From contig JBCNVB010000018.1 of NCBI GenBank assembly GCA_039630415.1, forward strand, positions 106,663 to 170,662: a stretch of 64,000 bases of DNA, given 5' to 3'. Shown here in pieces: positions 27,871 through 40,182 of this stretch (within the stretch, counting starts at the first letter, position 1; each line of letters starts with the position of its first letter). Origin of the DNA: a bacterium (GTDB taxonomy: Bacteria > DRYD01). Under the pieces are notes generated by a model, which was not told where the DNA came from, made no database searches, and saw nothing but the letters and a program-made list of their open reading frames with translations. The position numbers were made by a program, and so were the translations under genes.

Positions 27871-29940
27871 ATGGATCCGATATACTTAAACATTCTTTGG
27901 CATCAACACCAGCCAATATACAAAGATCCAATAAAAGATACCTATACAGCTCCATGGGTAAGATTACATGCTACCAAAGATTACTATGACATGGCATCAA
28001 TACTACTTAATTTTCCTAAAATAAAGCTAACAATAAATCTAACACCATCTTTACTAGTTCAAATAGAAGACTATGTCAATAAGTTAAGAGATTATGCAGA
28101 TGAACAAAGCCCAAACTACAAGAAAGAATCAGCTTTCCCCAAAGGTAAACTAGATAGAGCATTAGATCTATTGTTTAAACCAGTAGATCAATGGACTGAA
28201 GATGATAAAAATTTTGCCAAACAGAGATTTTTTGACGCACATCATGAATCACAAATATTCAAATACCCCCCTTACAAAAAACTTTTTGAAAAAGTAAAAA
28301 ATAATCAACCACTAACTAATCAAGACTATCTCAATTTGAAAGTATGGTTCCATTTGGTTTGGTTTGATCCAGATTTCCTTGAAAAAGAAACTGAACTAGT
28401 AGGAGAAGATCAAAACGGTAAAGTTATCAAAGATAAAGTCACTAAAATAAAAGACATCTACAAAAAAGGTCTGAGAGGAGAAAATTTCACCGAAGAAGAT
28501 GCAAAAAATATCATTCTTGAAACCTATAAAATCATGAAATTCGTCATACCTATCCATAGATATCTACAAAATAAAGGACAAATAGAGATCACTACTACCC
28601 CATTTTATCATCCAATTCTTCCATTAGTAGACAACACTGATTCGGCTAAAGAACAAAGTCCTCATATACCTTTACCAAATACTTTCAAGTATCCTGAAGA
28701 TGCTAACACACACGTTAAAATGGCTGTAGAATATTACAAAAAGCTATTTGGTAAGTATCCAGTTGGTATGTGGCCAGGTGAAGGAGCTGTAGGAGAAAGT
28801 ATTATAAAACACCTAGTAAGAAACGGAATAAAGTGGTTTTCAACAGGCCATGAAGTAGTCTTTAAATCAGGGTTCGCAGGAGATACACTCCAACCGTACA
28901 GAGTAGACGTGGATTCAGAATTTATTGATAATCTCAACAATGACGCTATATCACTAGTACCTAGATCAATACACGACAAAATAGGTTGGGACTACGGACT
29001 ATACAGAGGTAAAAAAGACGGTTATGAAGCTGCTAAAGATTTCATCGAATTCCTTAAACAACAAAAACATTACAATAATGTTCCCCAAAGCGAACCAATA
29101 TATATAACCAATACTTGTGATGGTGAAAATGTATGGACTTACTACCAAAACGATGGTAAAGACTTCCTTATGGCTCTCTATGATCTACTACAAAAAGATG
29201 ACAGAATAAAAACAATGACACCAAAAGAATATATAACTCAGATAAAACCTATAGATAAGCAGTGGGAGTTAGAACCACTAGCTACAGGATCTTGGGTACA
29301 CGGTGATTTAACCACCTGGATAGGCGAAGAATCCGAAAACCAAGGTTGGAATCTACTCAACAAAGTAAGACAGGAATTCATAAAAATACCTTACATAACT
29401 GAGATATCCACTAGTTTGATAGAAGAACCGAGTAAACTCAACAGAGAGAAATATTACCTATATAAAGCATGGCATACACTATTTGCAGCCGAGGGATCAG
29501 ATTGGTTCTGGTGGTATGGTAATGATTGGGATTCAGGTAACGATAAGTACTTTTCAAGAAAACATCGCGAACTTATGGTAAATGCCTTAAAATTAGTAAC
29601 AAAAGCAGGATATAAAGCAGACTTTCCAAAGCAAATCTTTGAACCACTTTATCAGGATACCCAACCCTTAAAACCCAACCTGGTTATCTTTAACCCACAA
29701 AAAAATAATGATAACCTAATTTTCGAACTAAAGTTACTTAATCCCCTTAACCTACCAATTAATTTAGATAAATATAGCCTTATACTTCAGTACAACGATA
29801 AACAACAAAAATTTAAACTAACAGATTTACTTAAAGACAACAAAATCACAATACCTAATGTAAACCAAAAAGGAGAATACCAAATATACATACTCGATGA
29901 AAATGAAGAAGTAATAGAAACAGACTACTATATTCAATAA
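27871..29940 (+). CDS. Glycoside hydrolase family 57 alpha-glucan-active enzyme (amylase/branching/amylopullulanase type)
   Basis: GH57 signatures: LWHQHQPIY, RLHATKDYYDM, EITTTPFYHPILPL, GMWPGEGAV (nucleophile Glu) and TCDGENVW (acid/base Asp). GGAGG RBS. Confidence 0.85.
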   Translation: MDPIYLNILWHQHQPIYKDPIKDTYTAPWVRLHATKDYYDMASILLNFPKIKLTINLTPSLLVQIEDYVNKLRDYADEQSPNYKKESAFPKGKLDRALDLLFKPVDQWTEDDKNFAKQRFFDAHHESQIFKYPPYKKLFEKVKNNQPLTNQDYLNLKVWFHLVWFDPDFLEKETELVGEDQNGKVIKDKVTKIKDIYKKGLRGENFTEEDAKNIILETYKIMKFVIPIHRYLQNKGQIEITTTPFYHPILPLVDNTDSAKEQSPHIPLPNTFKYPEDANTHVKMAVEYYKKLFGKYPVGMWPGEGAVGESIIKHLVRNGIKWFSTGHEVVFKSGFAGDTLQPYRVDVDSEFIDNLNNDAISLVPRSIHDKIGWDYGLYRGKKDGYEAAKDFIEFLKQQKHYNNVPQSEPIYITNTCDGENVWTYYQNDGKDFLMALYDLLQKDDRIKTMTPKEYITQIKPIDKQWELEPLATGSWVHGDLTTWIGEESENQGWNLLNKVRQEFIKIPYITEISTSLIEEPSKLNREKYYLYKAWHTLFAAEGSDWFWWYGNDWDSGNDKYFSRKHRELMVNALKLVTKAGYKADFPKQIFEPLYQDTQPLKPNLVIFNPQKNNDNLIFELKLLNPLNLPINLDKYSLILQYNDKQQKFKLTDLLKDNKITIPNVNQKGEYQIYILDENEEVIETDYYIQ

Positions 29941-29949
29941 GTTTATACA

Positions 29950-30465
29950 TTGAGTAGCATAAGTAGTATACTATCTAATCCTTTTTTATCACTCGTAATA
30001 TTTATTGCTTCCTTGATAATACTTCTTGTATCTTTGAAAAACGAACAAATAACTAACTTTGAGATAGAAGATTCACCAATAACTAGAATAAGTCTTTATG
30101 ACGTTGAAATAAAGGTATGGAAAGACTATAAATCTATAAACTTTACAGCAAAAGCTGAAAAACTACGAACTATACTTTTTTCGAATTATCTCTATTGTAA
30201 TAATGTCCAAATCCATAAGATGCATAGAGATACCTTGATAAATATTCAAATCCCTATCTTAGAGATATACACCAACTTGTACTTTGGTAAAGCGGAGAAC
30301 GTTAAATCAGTCCTTTATCTTAACAAACAAAAACTCATACTTTACTCCCAAAAGTTGGAAATATTAAACCAAAGGATAAAGCTTACAAGAAACTATGTGT
30401 ATCATATTAGGAACGATACAACTATAAAAGCTTTCTACCCCAAAATGGAAATTTATTTGCAATGA
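29950..30465 (+). CDS. Hypothetical membrane-anchored protein (171 aa)
   Basis: ORF track (TTG start). It has an N-terminal TM helix (FLSLVIFIASLIILLVSL). I recognise no family. Confidence 0.4.
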   Translation: MSSISSILSNPFLSLVIFIASLIILLVSLKNEQITNFEIEDSPITRISLYDVEIKVWKDYKSINFTAKAEKLRTILFSNYLYCNNVQIHKMHRDTLINIQIPILEIYTNLYFGKAENVKSVLYLNKQKLILYSQKLEILNQRIKLTRNYVYHIRNDTTIKAFYPKMEIYLQ

Positions 30466-31790
30466 TACTATTGGATAACATTTTTCAATATCAGACATTG
30501 TCAAAAATTAAAGATATACTGATTTTCATTGATAGTTTGGGAGTTGAATGGGGGTTTGTAGGAGGTATTCCCAGAGATTTCCTTTTATTCAAGACCAAGC
30601 TCAAAACAAACGAAATAGATATCGTCTTTTTAGTACCTGTAACAAAAATATTCCTTTTGATAGTAGATAAATTCAAAGATTTAGTGGCTCAAAAATACTT
30701 CCATGATAGATTTATAACTGGAAAAGTGGTTTTGACAAATGGTACAGTAATTGATGTAATAACAGCAAGGGAAGAATTTTATGCTTCTGAGGCTCAATTA
30801 CCAATAGTTGAACCAACCTCTAATATCAAAGCAGATATATATAGGAGAGACATAACTATAAACGCTATTTTTTTTAAAAGAAAATTGAAACATCCTGACA
30901 AAATTTTTGAAATCATAGATCTAGTAGGAGGATACAAAGATTTAATTCAAAGCGTATGTAGATTCATATACCCCACTTCGCTACAAGATGATCCTACACG
31001 TATATACCGAATCCTTAGATACAAAAATAGATTCAACTTTAAAGTAGAAAATAATTCACTGGAAATGATCAAAAACTCTTTACACTATATAGATCTTCTC
31101 TCAATAAATAGGGTATATAACGAACTAACCAAAATCAATCAGGAAAAAAAATTCGACAAAATATATGAAGATTTTTTCAAAATAGGCTTTGATCCTATTA
31201 ATCTAAACTCATTCAACCCTCATAACCTTCAAATAGTTAAGGATTTAAAAATTCTTAGAAAATCTATTATTTCGTTTGAAAAATTTTTTGCACATCATCA
31301 GAAAAAACTAAAACTCTGCATCGATAGAAACAAAATTATCTTCTCTTTTCTCGTATCCAAAAACTTCTTGAAAAATGAAAAATATCAAAATATTCTATCC
31401 AAGGATATTTATAAGTTCTCAAATATCTGGAGAGAAATTCTCTCTATCAACCCACTAACATCAAAAAGCCTAAAAAAATTCTATATCCAAGAACTTAATA
31501 AATATAACTGTATAGAGGTTTTTGTAGCCTTAATTTATATGCTATATCAACATCAAAGAACAGATCTAAAAAAGATAGTCAGGTACTTATTCAGAAAAAA
31601 ATACCTTAATCGTTTTAAAATCACCGCCAAATTTATTCATTCAATAGCACAGTACTATTATCCACAAAAAAATATCTGTCAAAACACCATCCTAAACTTG
31701 CTTAAAAAAGCCAACTACCTATATTACCTAAACAAAATAAGAACAAGTAGTCAGCTAATAAGATATGTAAGAAAAAAATTAACAAAATGA
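30462..31790 (+). CDS. tRNA nucleotidyltransferase / poly(A) polymerase family protein (CCA-adding enzyme-like)
   Basis: Head-domain motifs GFVGGIPRDFLL, NEIDIVF and YRRDITINA, then DDPTRIYRILRY. Confidence 0.8.
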   Translation: MILLDNIFQYQTLSKIKDILIFIDSLGVEWGFVGGIPRDFLLFKTKLKTNEIDIVFLVPVTKIFLLIVDKFKDLVAQKYFHDRFITGKVVLTNGTVIDVITAREEFYASEAQLPIVEPTSNIKADIYRRDITINAIFFKRKLKHPDKIFEIIDLVGGYKDLIQSVCRFIYPTSLQDDPTRIYRILRYKNRFNFKVENNSLEMIKNSLHYIDLLSINRVYNELTKINQEKKFDKIYEDFFKIGFDPINLNSFNPHNLQIVKDLKILRKSIISFEKFFAHHQKKLKLCIDRNKIIFSFLVSKNFLKNEKYQNILSKDIYKFSNIWREILSINPLTSKSLKKFYIQELNKYNCIEVFVALIYMLYQHQRTDLKKIVRYLFRKKYLNRFKITAKFIHSIAQYYYPQKNICQNTILNLLKKANYLYYLNKIRTSSQLIRYVRKKLTK

Positions 31791-31911
31791 AAAATATTTT
31801 TACAAGTTTTACATCTCAGAGGTTGAATAAGAACATGATATTTGACATAGTGTATTTAGAAAAGTTAAGGCTTTACCTTAGCAAAAATTACAGGGAGGAA
31901 GGTGATAAGTT

Positions 31912-32853
31912 ATGTCTATACAAAAAATTCACGGACAACCAACAAGTGTTTCCTCTTCCTTTACTCAATCAAACCAAGTATCAAATCAAATCCAGACAGA
32001 ACAAACTAAAGATACAGAAAAGACTAAAGACATAGAAAAAACTAAAGATACAGAAAAAACTGAAGATTTAGAAAAAACAAAAGATACTGAGCAACTGAAA
32101 GATAAAGTCCAAGTTTCTTCCGAGGGTAGAGAACTAATCGATCATAAAAGTATTGAAAATAGTGTACCAACTCAAAACATAGCCTCTTCAAGCCCAGTAT
32201 CCATTGGTAATCCAGTTAGTAATTCACTACCTGTGATGGGTAATGGATTTAGTGATTTGCTAAATTCTCTTTTCAATACATTAGTAGGTCAAGGTAACTC
32301 CAGTAATTCTCCAATATCTGCCATGAGCGCACCTACTACAAACTCACCCGGTGCCATATCAAACATGGGAGCAATCCCCAATTCAGGAAATTATGGAGCA
32401 ACACCTATAATGAACCAAGGATTCACTCCCTTTGTACCTCAAAATCAGTTAGATCAACTAATACTTGAAGCCGCAAGAAGATTTAATCTAGACCCAGCTC
32501 TATTAAAAGCAGTAATTAAACAGGAAAGTGGATTTAATCCAAGAGCTACTTCACACGCAGGTGCCATGGGATTAATGCAATTAATGCCAGAAACAGCAAG
32601 AGAAATGGGAGTACAAAATCCATATGACCCAGTACAAAATGTAATGGGAGGAGCAAAATATCTTAGAAAAATGCTAGATATGTTTGGTGGAAGAGTAGAT
32701 TTAGCCCTAGCTGCATATAACGCAGGTCCCGGTAATGTACAAAAATACGGCGGTATACCACCCTTCCCAGAAACCCAAAACTACGTCAGAAAAGTATTAT
32801 CATACTACGCACAATATAAGGCTGAAATGTCTTCTCAAAAAGGAGTAGCTTAA
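31912..32853 (+). CDS. Lytic transglycosylase (SLT domain) with a long disordered N-terminal region, copy 1
   Basis: C-terminal SLT: [30 protein letters not shown] ... [26 protein letters not shown]. The N-terminal ~170 aa are S/N/Q/T/P-rich and include KDTEKT repeats. RBS GGGAGGAAGGTGA. Confidence 0.85.
   Translation: MSIQKIHGQPTSVSSSFTQSNQVSNQIQTEQTKDTEKTKDIEKTKDTEKTEDLEKTKDTEQLKDKVQVSSEGRELIDHKSIENSVPTQNIASSSPVSIGNPVSNSLPVMGNGFSDLLNSLFNTLVGQGNSSNSPISAMSAPTTNSPGAISNMGAIPNSGNYGATPIMNQGFTPFVPQNQLDQLILEAARRFNLDPALLKAVIKQESGFNPRATSHAGAMGLMQLMPETAREMGVQNPYDPVQNVMGGAKYLRKMLDMFGGRVDLALAAYNAGPGNVQKYGGIPPFPETQNYVRKVLSYYAQYKAEMSSQKGVA
32005..32106 (+). repeat. In-frame 18-bp tandem repeat (about 5.7 degenerate copies) encoding (T)KDTEK units in SLT copy 1
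   Basis: ACTAAAGATACAGAAAAG / ACTAAAGACATAGAAAAA / ACTAAAGATACAGAAAAA / ACTGAAGATTTAGAAAAA / ACAAAAGATACTGAGCAA / CTGAAAGATAAA. Confidence 0.85.
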
Positions 32854-32883
32854 GAAAATATATAGAAGGTAGGTGATAAACGC

Positions 32884-33855
32884 ATGTCTATTCAAAACAT
32901 ATCAAACCAGTACCAAATATACTCCACACCTACCAATATCAATCAAACAAACACTAGTCAAACAAATAACGTCCAAACAAATTCACAAACACAGGAAATA
33001 GTATCAGATAAAGTAGCTGTCTCATCAAATGAATTATATACAAACACTGAAACAAGTATTAATACAGCTACTAACTTAAATATTAGTCCTGCAAGTAGCT
33101 CTAGCAATGTTTCAAACCTTCCAACAATATCACCAACAGGAAACCCGGAAGAAGATATGCTAAATACTCTCTTCGATATTGTCATGCACACATCAAATCC
33201 AAATCAACAAAAAGTAAATTTAACTAACTCACCAGGTGATATATCAACTATTGGTGTACCACCTGCTTTACCACAAACTAAAGAAACTAAACCTAAACAA
33301 CAATCCCAAAATAAAAAACAAATCGAATCTAATTCTAAAGCTAAACAAACTATCAAGCAAAATGTTAAGAAATCATCAACCCCCAAAAATAAAGCACCAA
33401 TAGTAAATGAAGGATATTTCTCTTACCCACCTAAAGATGAAATAGACAAAATAATTCTAGAGGCTGCTAAGAAATACAATCTAGATCCAGCATTAATAAA
33501 AGCTGTAATAAAACAAGAAAGTAACTTCAATCACAATGCTGTGTCCGATGCAGGAGCAATGGGGTTAATGCAATTGATGCCAGAAACAGCAAAAGACATG
33601 CAAGTAAAAGACCCATTTGACAAACGACAAAATATAATGGGAGGAGCAAGATATTTAAGAAGTATGTTAAATATGTTCAATAATAGGATAGACCTAGCTT
33701 TAGCAGCATATAATGCAGGCCCAGGAAATGTTCAAAAATATGGTGGTATACCACCCTTCCCAGAAACTCAAAACTACGTCAAAAAAGTACTTATGTACTA
33801 CGAACAGTACAGATCTCAGATGATAGCTGAAAAATTCAAATCATACAAAACCTAG
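32884..33855 (+). CDS. Lytic transglycosylase (SLT domain) with a long disordered N-terminal region, copy 2 (tandem paralogue)
   Basis: C-terminal SLT: [30 protein letters not shown] ... [26 protein letters not shown]. By eye it is about 70% identical to copy 1 over the last ~140 aa. Confidence 0.85.
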   Translation: MSIQNISNQYQIYSTPTNINQTNTSQTNNVQTNSQTQEIVSDKVAVSSNELYTNTETSINTATNLNISPASSSSNVSNLPTISPTGNPEEDMLNTLFDIVMHTSNPNQQKVNLTNSPGDISTIGVPPALPQTKETKPKQQSQNKKQIESNSKAKQTIKQNVKKSSTPKNKAPIVNEGYFSYPPKDEIDKIILEAAKKYNLDPALIKAVIKQESNFNHNAVSDAGAMGLMQLMPETAKDMQVKDPFDKRQNIMGGARYLRSMLNMFNNRIDLALAAYNAGPGNVQKYGGIPPFPETQNYVKKVLMYYEQYRSQMIAEKFKSYKT

Positions 33856-33860
33856 AATAA

Positions 33861-35228
<1,368 letters not shown>

Positions 35229-35238
35229 GTGATAAACT

Positions 35239-35838
35239 ATGAAATTTGAAATGACAAAGTATGAAGGTGGATGGATAGAACTAATCGTAGGTTGTATGTT
35301 TAGTGGTAAGAGCGAAGAATTGATAAGAAGAGTTAAAAGAGCAATCATAGCTAATCAAAAAGTAATCGCTTTCAAACCACACATAGATAACAGATATGAT
35401 AGAGATATGGTATCTAGTCACAACGGTATAAAGGTAGAAGCAATAGTAGTAAAAAGTGCAGAGGAAATATATGAAAAATCTAAAGATTTTGATGTAGTTG
35501 CAATAGATGAAGCTCAATTTTTTGATAGTAAACTAATAGAAATAGTTGAGAAATTAGCAGACCAAAATAAAAGAGTGATAATAGCAGGCTTAGATCAAGA
35601 TTTTCGAGGTGAACCTTTTTCCATAATGCCACATCTTATGGCAATAGCAGATAGCGTAGAAAAGCTACATGCTATATGCGTAGTATGTGGAGCAGTAGCT
35701 ACAAAAAGTCAGAGACTAATAAACGGCTCTCCAGCTCCCTATGACTCCCCTACCATCATTATCGGTGCTATGGAAACTTACCAACCAAGATGTAGAAAAT
35801 GCTTCCAAAAACCTTTAAAAGCACAAGCTAATGTATGA
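35239..35838 (+). CDS. tdk: Thymidine kinase
   Basis: [21 protein letters not shown], and the zinc ribbon CVVCG...CRKC. Confidence 0.95.
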   Translation: MKFEMTKYEGGWIELIVGCMFSGKSEELIRRVKRAIIANQKVIAFKPHIDNRYDRDMVSSHNGIKVEAIVVKSAEEIYEKSKDFDVVAIDEAQFFDSKLIEIVEKLADQNKRVIIAGLDQDFRGEPFSIMPHLMAIADSVEKLHAICVVCGAVATKSQRLINGSPAPYDSPTIIIGAMETYQPRCRKCFQKPLKAQANV

Positions 35839-36467
35839 ACGACTATCTCTTAATCCTATTTGTAACCATTTTATCTTATCTGTTAGGTAGTATCCCAACA
35901 GGATATATTATAGGTAAACTTAAAGGAATAGACATAACAAAACAAGGTAGTGGAAACATAGGAATGGCAAACGTTTTTAGAACATTAGGACCAATTTATG
36001 GTATTACAGTGCTGCTTCTTGACGCATCAAAAGGGTTTATACCAACTTTTATAGCTATAGAGCTTAATTTCCCTTTACTCGTTATACTTTTAGTAGGGAT
36101 ATTCTCTATTTTGGGACATATTTTTTCTATCTTTTTAGGGTTTAAAGGTGGTAAAGGTGTAGCCACAGCGGCTGGTATGTTTTTAGCCATAAGTCCTATT
36201 CTTACTTTATCTTCTTTCTTGGTATGGTTAACAACCGTTCTTTTAACAAGATACTCCTCTTTGGGGTCAATACTTGCTTGTTTATGGGCTTGTTTTCTTG
36301 TACTACTATATCAATTCGAGCTTATTAAAATCAGCCTTCTTACATTCTATACAGCACAAAAAGCATATTTCTGTGTTTTTGTTATCCTAATCTCAATCTT
36401 CATCATTTTCAAACATAGGGACAACATTGTCAGAATAATAAAAAATCAGGAAAAAAAGCTATTCTAG
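35835..36467 (+). CDS. plsY: Glycerol-3-phosphate acyltransferase PlsY
   Basis: [38 protein letters not shown] and [13 protein letters not shown], with multiple TM helices. Confidence 0.93.
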   Translation: MNDYLLILFVTILSYLLGSIPTGYIIGKLKGIDITKQGSGNIGMANVFRTLGPIYGITVLLLDASKGFIPTFIAIELNFPLLVILLVGIFSILGHIFSIFLGFKGGKGVATAAGMFLAISPILTLSSFLVWLTTVLLTRYSSLGSILACLWACFLVLLYQFELIKISLLTFYTAQKAYFCVFVILISIFIIFKHRDNIVRIIKNQEKKLF

Positions 36468-38687
36468 TTTGTTGTATACAGGAACAATATTTGTCAAATT
36501 AAAAAATAACAAACTAAAATCGCTCATAACCATAATAATTGCAGCCAATATAGGGTTAACAGTTATACCAAAACCTACTAACATTCCCATTGCTAAAGGA
36601 ACAAAAAATGAATTGTAGCCAAAAACCCAAAATATATTGAATCTAAGTTTTTTAAACACTTCATCTGAAATTTTAATTAATTCCTTCAACTGAGAAATCT
36701 CTTTGAGAATTACCTTTGCAGAATTTTGAGTTATATCACTACCATACTCAAATGATATTCCAACATCAGCAACTGTCATAGCCAAACTATCATTTATTCC
36801 ATCCCCAATGAATACAACATATTCATTACTTTTGGAGTTTTGTTTATTTTTAAGATTCTCTATAATTCTAACCTTACTAACTGAGTCAACCGAGCATATT
36901 ACTTTATCTGATTCAATACTCAATTGTTTGGTTATTTCAAATGTTGATTCTTTTGAGGAACCTGTCAAGATATAAATCTCTTTGTTTGATTTTTGAATGG
37001 TTTTTAAAGCTTCCATTACACCCTGATTTATCTCTTCTCGATAGCTGAAAATGCAAGTATTTATCGGATCATTATCTTTTAGAAGTATAGCGTACGTACT
37101 TGAGCTTATTGTTTGATACTCTTTTTGGTTTTGGAGATTCTTTTTGATAAACATTGGATTACCAAGTAATAGAGTGTAAAATTGTTTATTTTCTTTGTGT
37201 TTTGCCTTTAAGATAATCCCTTCAGAAGATACTTCTTTGAACTCGTGGATATGATAGTTAGTTAGTAGCCTATCTAAGTCGAGATTATACATAGAAAGGA
37301 TATAGTTTTTTATTCCAACAGAGATTGGATGATTTGATTTTGAAACTCCTATCATTAAAAGTTCTAAAAAAGTATTTGTTTCCGATTGATTTACAAACTC
37401 AAGGCTATTTATTTTCAAGTTTTTGTTAGTAATAGTTCCCGTTTTGTCGAAGACAAACTTTTGAGCTTTGGATATTTTTTCAAATACGTAAGGATCTTTA
37501 ATTATAATATGCTTTTTTGATGTTTCTAACATTCCCTTATTTATAGCCAAAGGAGAAGCAAGACCAATAGCACAAGGACAAGCTATTATTAACGTAGATA
37601 TAAGCGAATTCAACGCCATTTGATAATTACCACTAATATACCAGTAAACAAAACTACCTAAAGCAAGGAAAACAATGACAATAACAAAATTACCCGATAG
37701 TTTATCAATAAATCTTTGGTAATTTGAAGCTTTTGAGGTTAGATTATATAGTGTTATCTCCATTCCTTTCCAGAAACTTTTGTTATAATCCACTAGGGAT
37801 TTTATTTTTATTGTTCCGTCTATGAGGAATGATCCGGCGGGAACAATTTCACCTTTCTCTACCACTTTGGGTTGATTTTCTCCAAAAATTAAACTCAGAT
37901 CGACTAAACCTTCACCTTCAACAACTTGCCCATCTACAGGTATACTTTGTCCCTTTACGATCTCCAATATATCACCTTCTTTTATTTGATCAACATCCAT
38001 ACTTGTCCAGTGATTATCAACCAATCCATTAACCTTCACAGGTCTATAAGTTAGTAAATTCAGTACAGAATACATACCCTGCTTCTTATATCTATTTTCA
38101 ATATATCTACCTATCAAAAGAACACTTATTATAATACAAGAAGTTTCAAAATAAAGTTTGTGTATGTTATTGAAATAAGCATATAAGCTATAAAAATAGG
38201 CAGTAGTAGTAGAGATAACTATTAAAAGATCCATGTTTAACGTCATATTTTTTAGCGAGTAAAAAACACTTCTATAGAATCTATATCCATTAACAAACTG
38301 TACAAAACTAGTTGCAAAAATGACTGTATATGCTATTAGTTTACTAGAATAGATCGAACTATGAAAAAACATACAGGTAATAAAAACAAAAATCGAGAGT
38401 ACTATAGAAGATATAAGGTTTAAAATTTCCCAGTGATTATGTTTTTCACTGGATACGAATTCAGTTTGAATCTCAGCTTGATAGCCAAGCTTTTTGATTT
38501 CCCTTATAATGTTTGAAATATCAAAACCTGGATTTACTATGACAAACATTTTTTGGGTAGCAAAATCTATGTCGATAAAATTTATATTTTTACCTACTTT
38601 GCTTTGTAGTGAATGTTTCAGATTTTTCGCACAACTAATACAATCCAACCCTTTGATTTTTATAACGAATTCTCTTGAATCACTCAT
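36459..38687 (-). CDS. Heavy-metal (Cu+/Ag+-type) translocating P1B-type ATPase
   Basis: N-terminal HMA domain with CISC, the TM CPC motif (IACPCAIGLASP), DKTGTIT, SNHPIS and GDGINDS. 742 aa. Confidence 0.9.
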   Translation of the reverse strand: MSDSREFVIKIKGLDCISCAKNLKHSLQSKVGKNINFIDIDFATQKMFVIVNPGFDISNIIREIKKLGYQAEIQTEFVSSEKHNHWEILNLISSIVLSIFVFITCMFFHSSIYSSKLIAYTVIFATSFVQFVNGYRFYRSVFYSLKNMTLNMDLLIVISTTTAYFYSLYAYFNNIHKLYFETSCIIISVLLIGRYIENRYKKQGMYSVLNLLTYRPVKVNGLVDNHWTSMDVDQIKEGDILEIVKGQSIPVDGQVVEGEGLVDLSLIFGENQPKVVEKGEIVPAGSFLIDGTIKIKSLVDYNKSFWKGMEITLYNLTSKASNYQRFIDKLSGNFVIVIVFLALGSFVYWYISGNYQMALNSLISTLIIACPCAIGLASPLAINKGMLETSKKHIIIKDPYVFEKISKAQKFVFDKTGTITNKNLKINSLEFVNQSETNTFLELLMIGVSKSNHPISVGIKNYILSMYNLDLDRLLTNYHIHEFKEVSSEGIILKAKHKENKQFYTLLLGNPMFIKKNLQNQKEYQTISSSTYAILLKDNDPINTCIFSYREEINQGVMEALKTIQKSNKEIYILTGSSKESTFEITKQLSIESDKVICSVDSVSKVRIIENLKNKQNSKSNEYVVFIGDGINDSLAMTVADVGISFEYGSDITQNSAKVILKEISQLKELIKISDEVFKKLRFNIFWVFGYNSFFVPLAMGMLVGFGITVNPILAAIIMVMSDFSLLFFNLTNIVPVYNKLE

Positions 38688-38779
38688 TGAGATCTCTACT
38701 TATAATTTATAGCATATTAAATCTAATCCTTGCTAGATTCTAACAGGATAATCAAAGACATATAGATAGCCAAAGGCAG

Positions 38780-39487
38780 ATGAAGGTTAGTAAAAATTAC
38801 GTAAAGAATATGTATTATGGAATGAGTAATCGTTCTTTGATACTCTTAGCACTTTTTTTTGTGTATGAATTAATAGCAATTAGTGCTAATCTTTTCTCCC
38901 CCACATTATTCATCCTTTCAACTCTAAACCTAACACCTACAAAATCCCAGGTTGAATTGAAAGAATATTACCGAATAATTAACCAGATCATACAAAACAA
39001 TCCTTTAAATAATCCAGAAATTTTTAAAAGCATGGAAAAGCATTTTGATAATATCGAAATAGTAGGAGTAACAAGTATAATTTCTTATCACCCAGAGTAT
39101 TTTTACGTACAAAACGTAAATAACATCAAAGCAAAAGATATCGTGCTAAATCAGCAAAACTTATTAGGAATAGTAGAAAAAGTAGGATACAAAATATCAA
39201 GGGTAAGATACATAAAGTCCAATTCTTTTCAGATACCTGCAAAAGTAATATATACAAATCCAGATAATCCTATACTTGGTTTTATAAAAACATCGTCAAG
39301 AGTGTACTTCTATCCATTAGACCCCAAAAGTTCTGTACCAACAAATGGTACAGTAAAAACAGCAGGATACTTTTCCATACCATCAGGAATACCCATAGGA
39401 ATAATCTACTCAAATAACGAAGTAAAAATGTTCAGAAGTCTTACTCAAACAGACCAAGTTATTATCATCAGAAAAAAACAAACATGA
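38780..39487 (+). CDS. Possible rod-shape-determining protein MreC
   Basis: An N-terminal TM helix, then a pattern LLGIVEKVGYKISRVRYIKSNSFQIPAKV...GTVKTAGYFSIPSGIPIGIIY that resembles the MreC beta-barrel domains. This is by eye only, and no mreB or mreD is adjacent. Confidence 0.45.
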   Translation: MKVSKNYVKNMYYGMSNRSLILLALFFVYELIAISANLFSPTLFILSTLNLTPTKSQVELKEYYRIINQIIQNNPLNNPEIFKSMEKHFDNIEIVGVTSIISYHPEYFYVQNVNNIKAKDIVLNQQNLLGIVEKVGYKISRVRYIKSNSFQIPAKVIYTNPDNPILGFIKTSSRVYFYPLDPKSSVPTNGTVKTAGYFSIPSGIPIGIIYSNNEVKMFRSLTQTDQVIIIRKKQT

Positions 39488-40161
39488 TAATAACAATTGA
39501 TGGTCCATCAGGAACAGGAAAAACTACTATAGGTATAAAACTAACCATAAAACTAAATAAAACTACAAAGTATAGTTTCTATTTCATTGATACTGGCTTG
39601 GTATACAGAATGTATACTTTTAAAACTATCAGTAGCCTAAATCATAGTTCAATAAATCCAAACAAAGTAGTTATAATAGATAAGCTATACAAAAATCCAA
39701 ACTACGAAAAAAAGTATAGTTATCTGTATACTGAGGAAATAGCTTTAAAAACATCAGAATTATCTAAAGTCAAAGAAAACAGACAGTTTATAACAAATCA
39801 GATAAGGGAAAAAGTAAAACAGATAAGAGAAAAACAGAAAAATAGTGGTTTTGTTGTAGTAGGTAGAGACTGTGGAACAGTTATTTTCCCACAAGCAGAC
39901 TTTAAATTCTATTTGTACACTAACCCCCATATAAGAGCAAAAAGAAGAATAAAGCAATATGAAAAGCTAGGAATTAAAACAGAATATAGACAAATACTTC
40001 AACAGATAATCAGAAGAGACCTTGAAGACTCTCTAAGAGAAGAATCCCCTCTACCACCCATACAAAATTTACCCCCAGATTTCATTCCCATCATATCAGA
40101 TAACCTAACAATTACTCAAACAGTAAACGAAATATTAAAAAAAATAAAAGGAATAGGGTAA
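39484..40161 (+). CDS. cmk: Cytidylate kinase
   Basis: IITIDGPSGTGKTT and VVVGRDCGTVIFPQADFKFYLYTNPHIRAKRR align with Cmk. Confidence 0.85.
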   Translation: MIITIDGPSGTGKTTIGIKLTIKLNKTTKYSFYFIDTGLVYRMYTFKTISSLNHSSINPNKVVIIDKLYKNPNYEKKYSYLYTEEIALKTSELSKVKENRQFITNQIREKVKQIREKQKNSGFVVVGRDCGTVIFPQADFKFYLYTNPHIRAKRRIKQYEKLGIKTEYRQILQQIIRRDLEDSLREESPLPPIQNLPPDFIPIISDNLTITQTVNEILKKIKGIG

Positions 40162-40182
40162 ATCAAATTGAATTAGTACCAT

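Noticed and set aside
31787-32035. 82-aa ORF overlapping the cca-family stop and the 5' end of SLT copy 1
   Set aside because: It overlaps the well-supported SLT gene, which has a strong RBS, by 124 nt in another frame. It has a K/N/L-rich composition and no RBS. A short leader peptide in the 120-nt spacer cannot be fully excluded.
38720-38739. Inverted repeat AATCTA-n8-TAGATT in the divergent spacer upstream of the metal ATPase (possible metalloregulator operator)
   Set aside because: It has only 6-bp arms in very AT-rich DNA, which is chance level. It does not resemble the CsoR or CopY boxes I know, and no regulator gene is adjacent.
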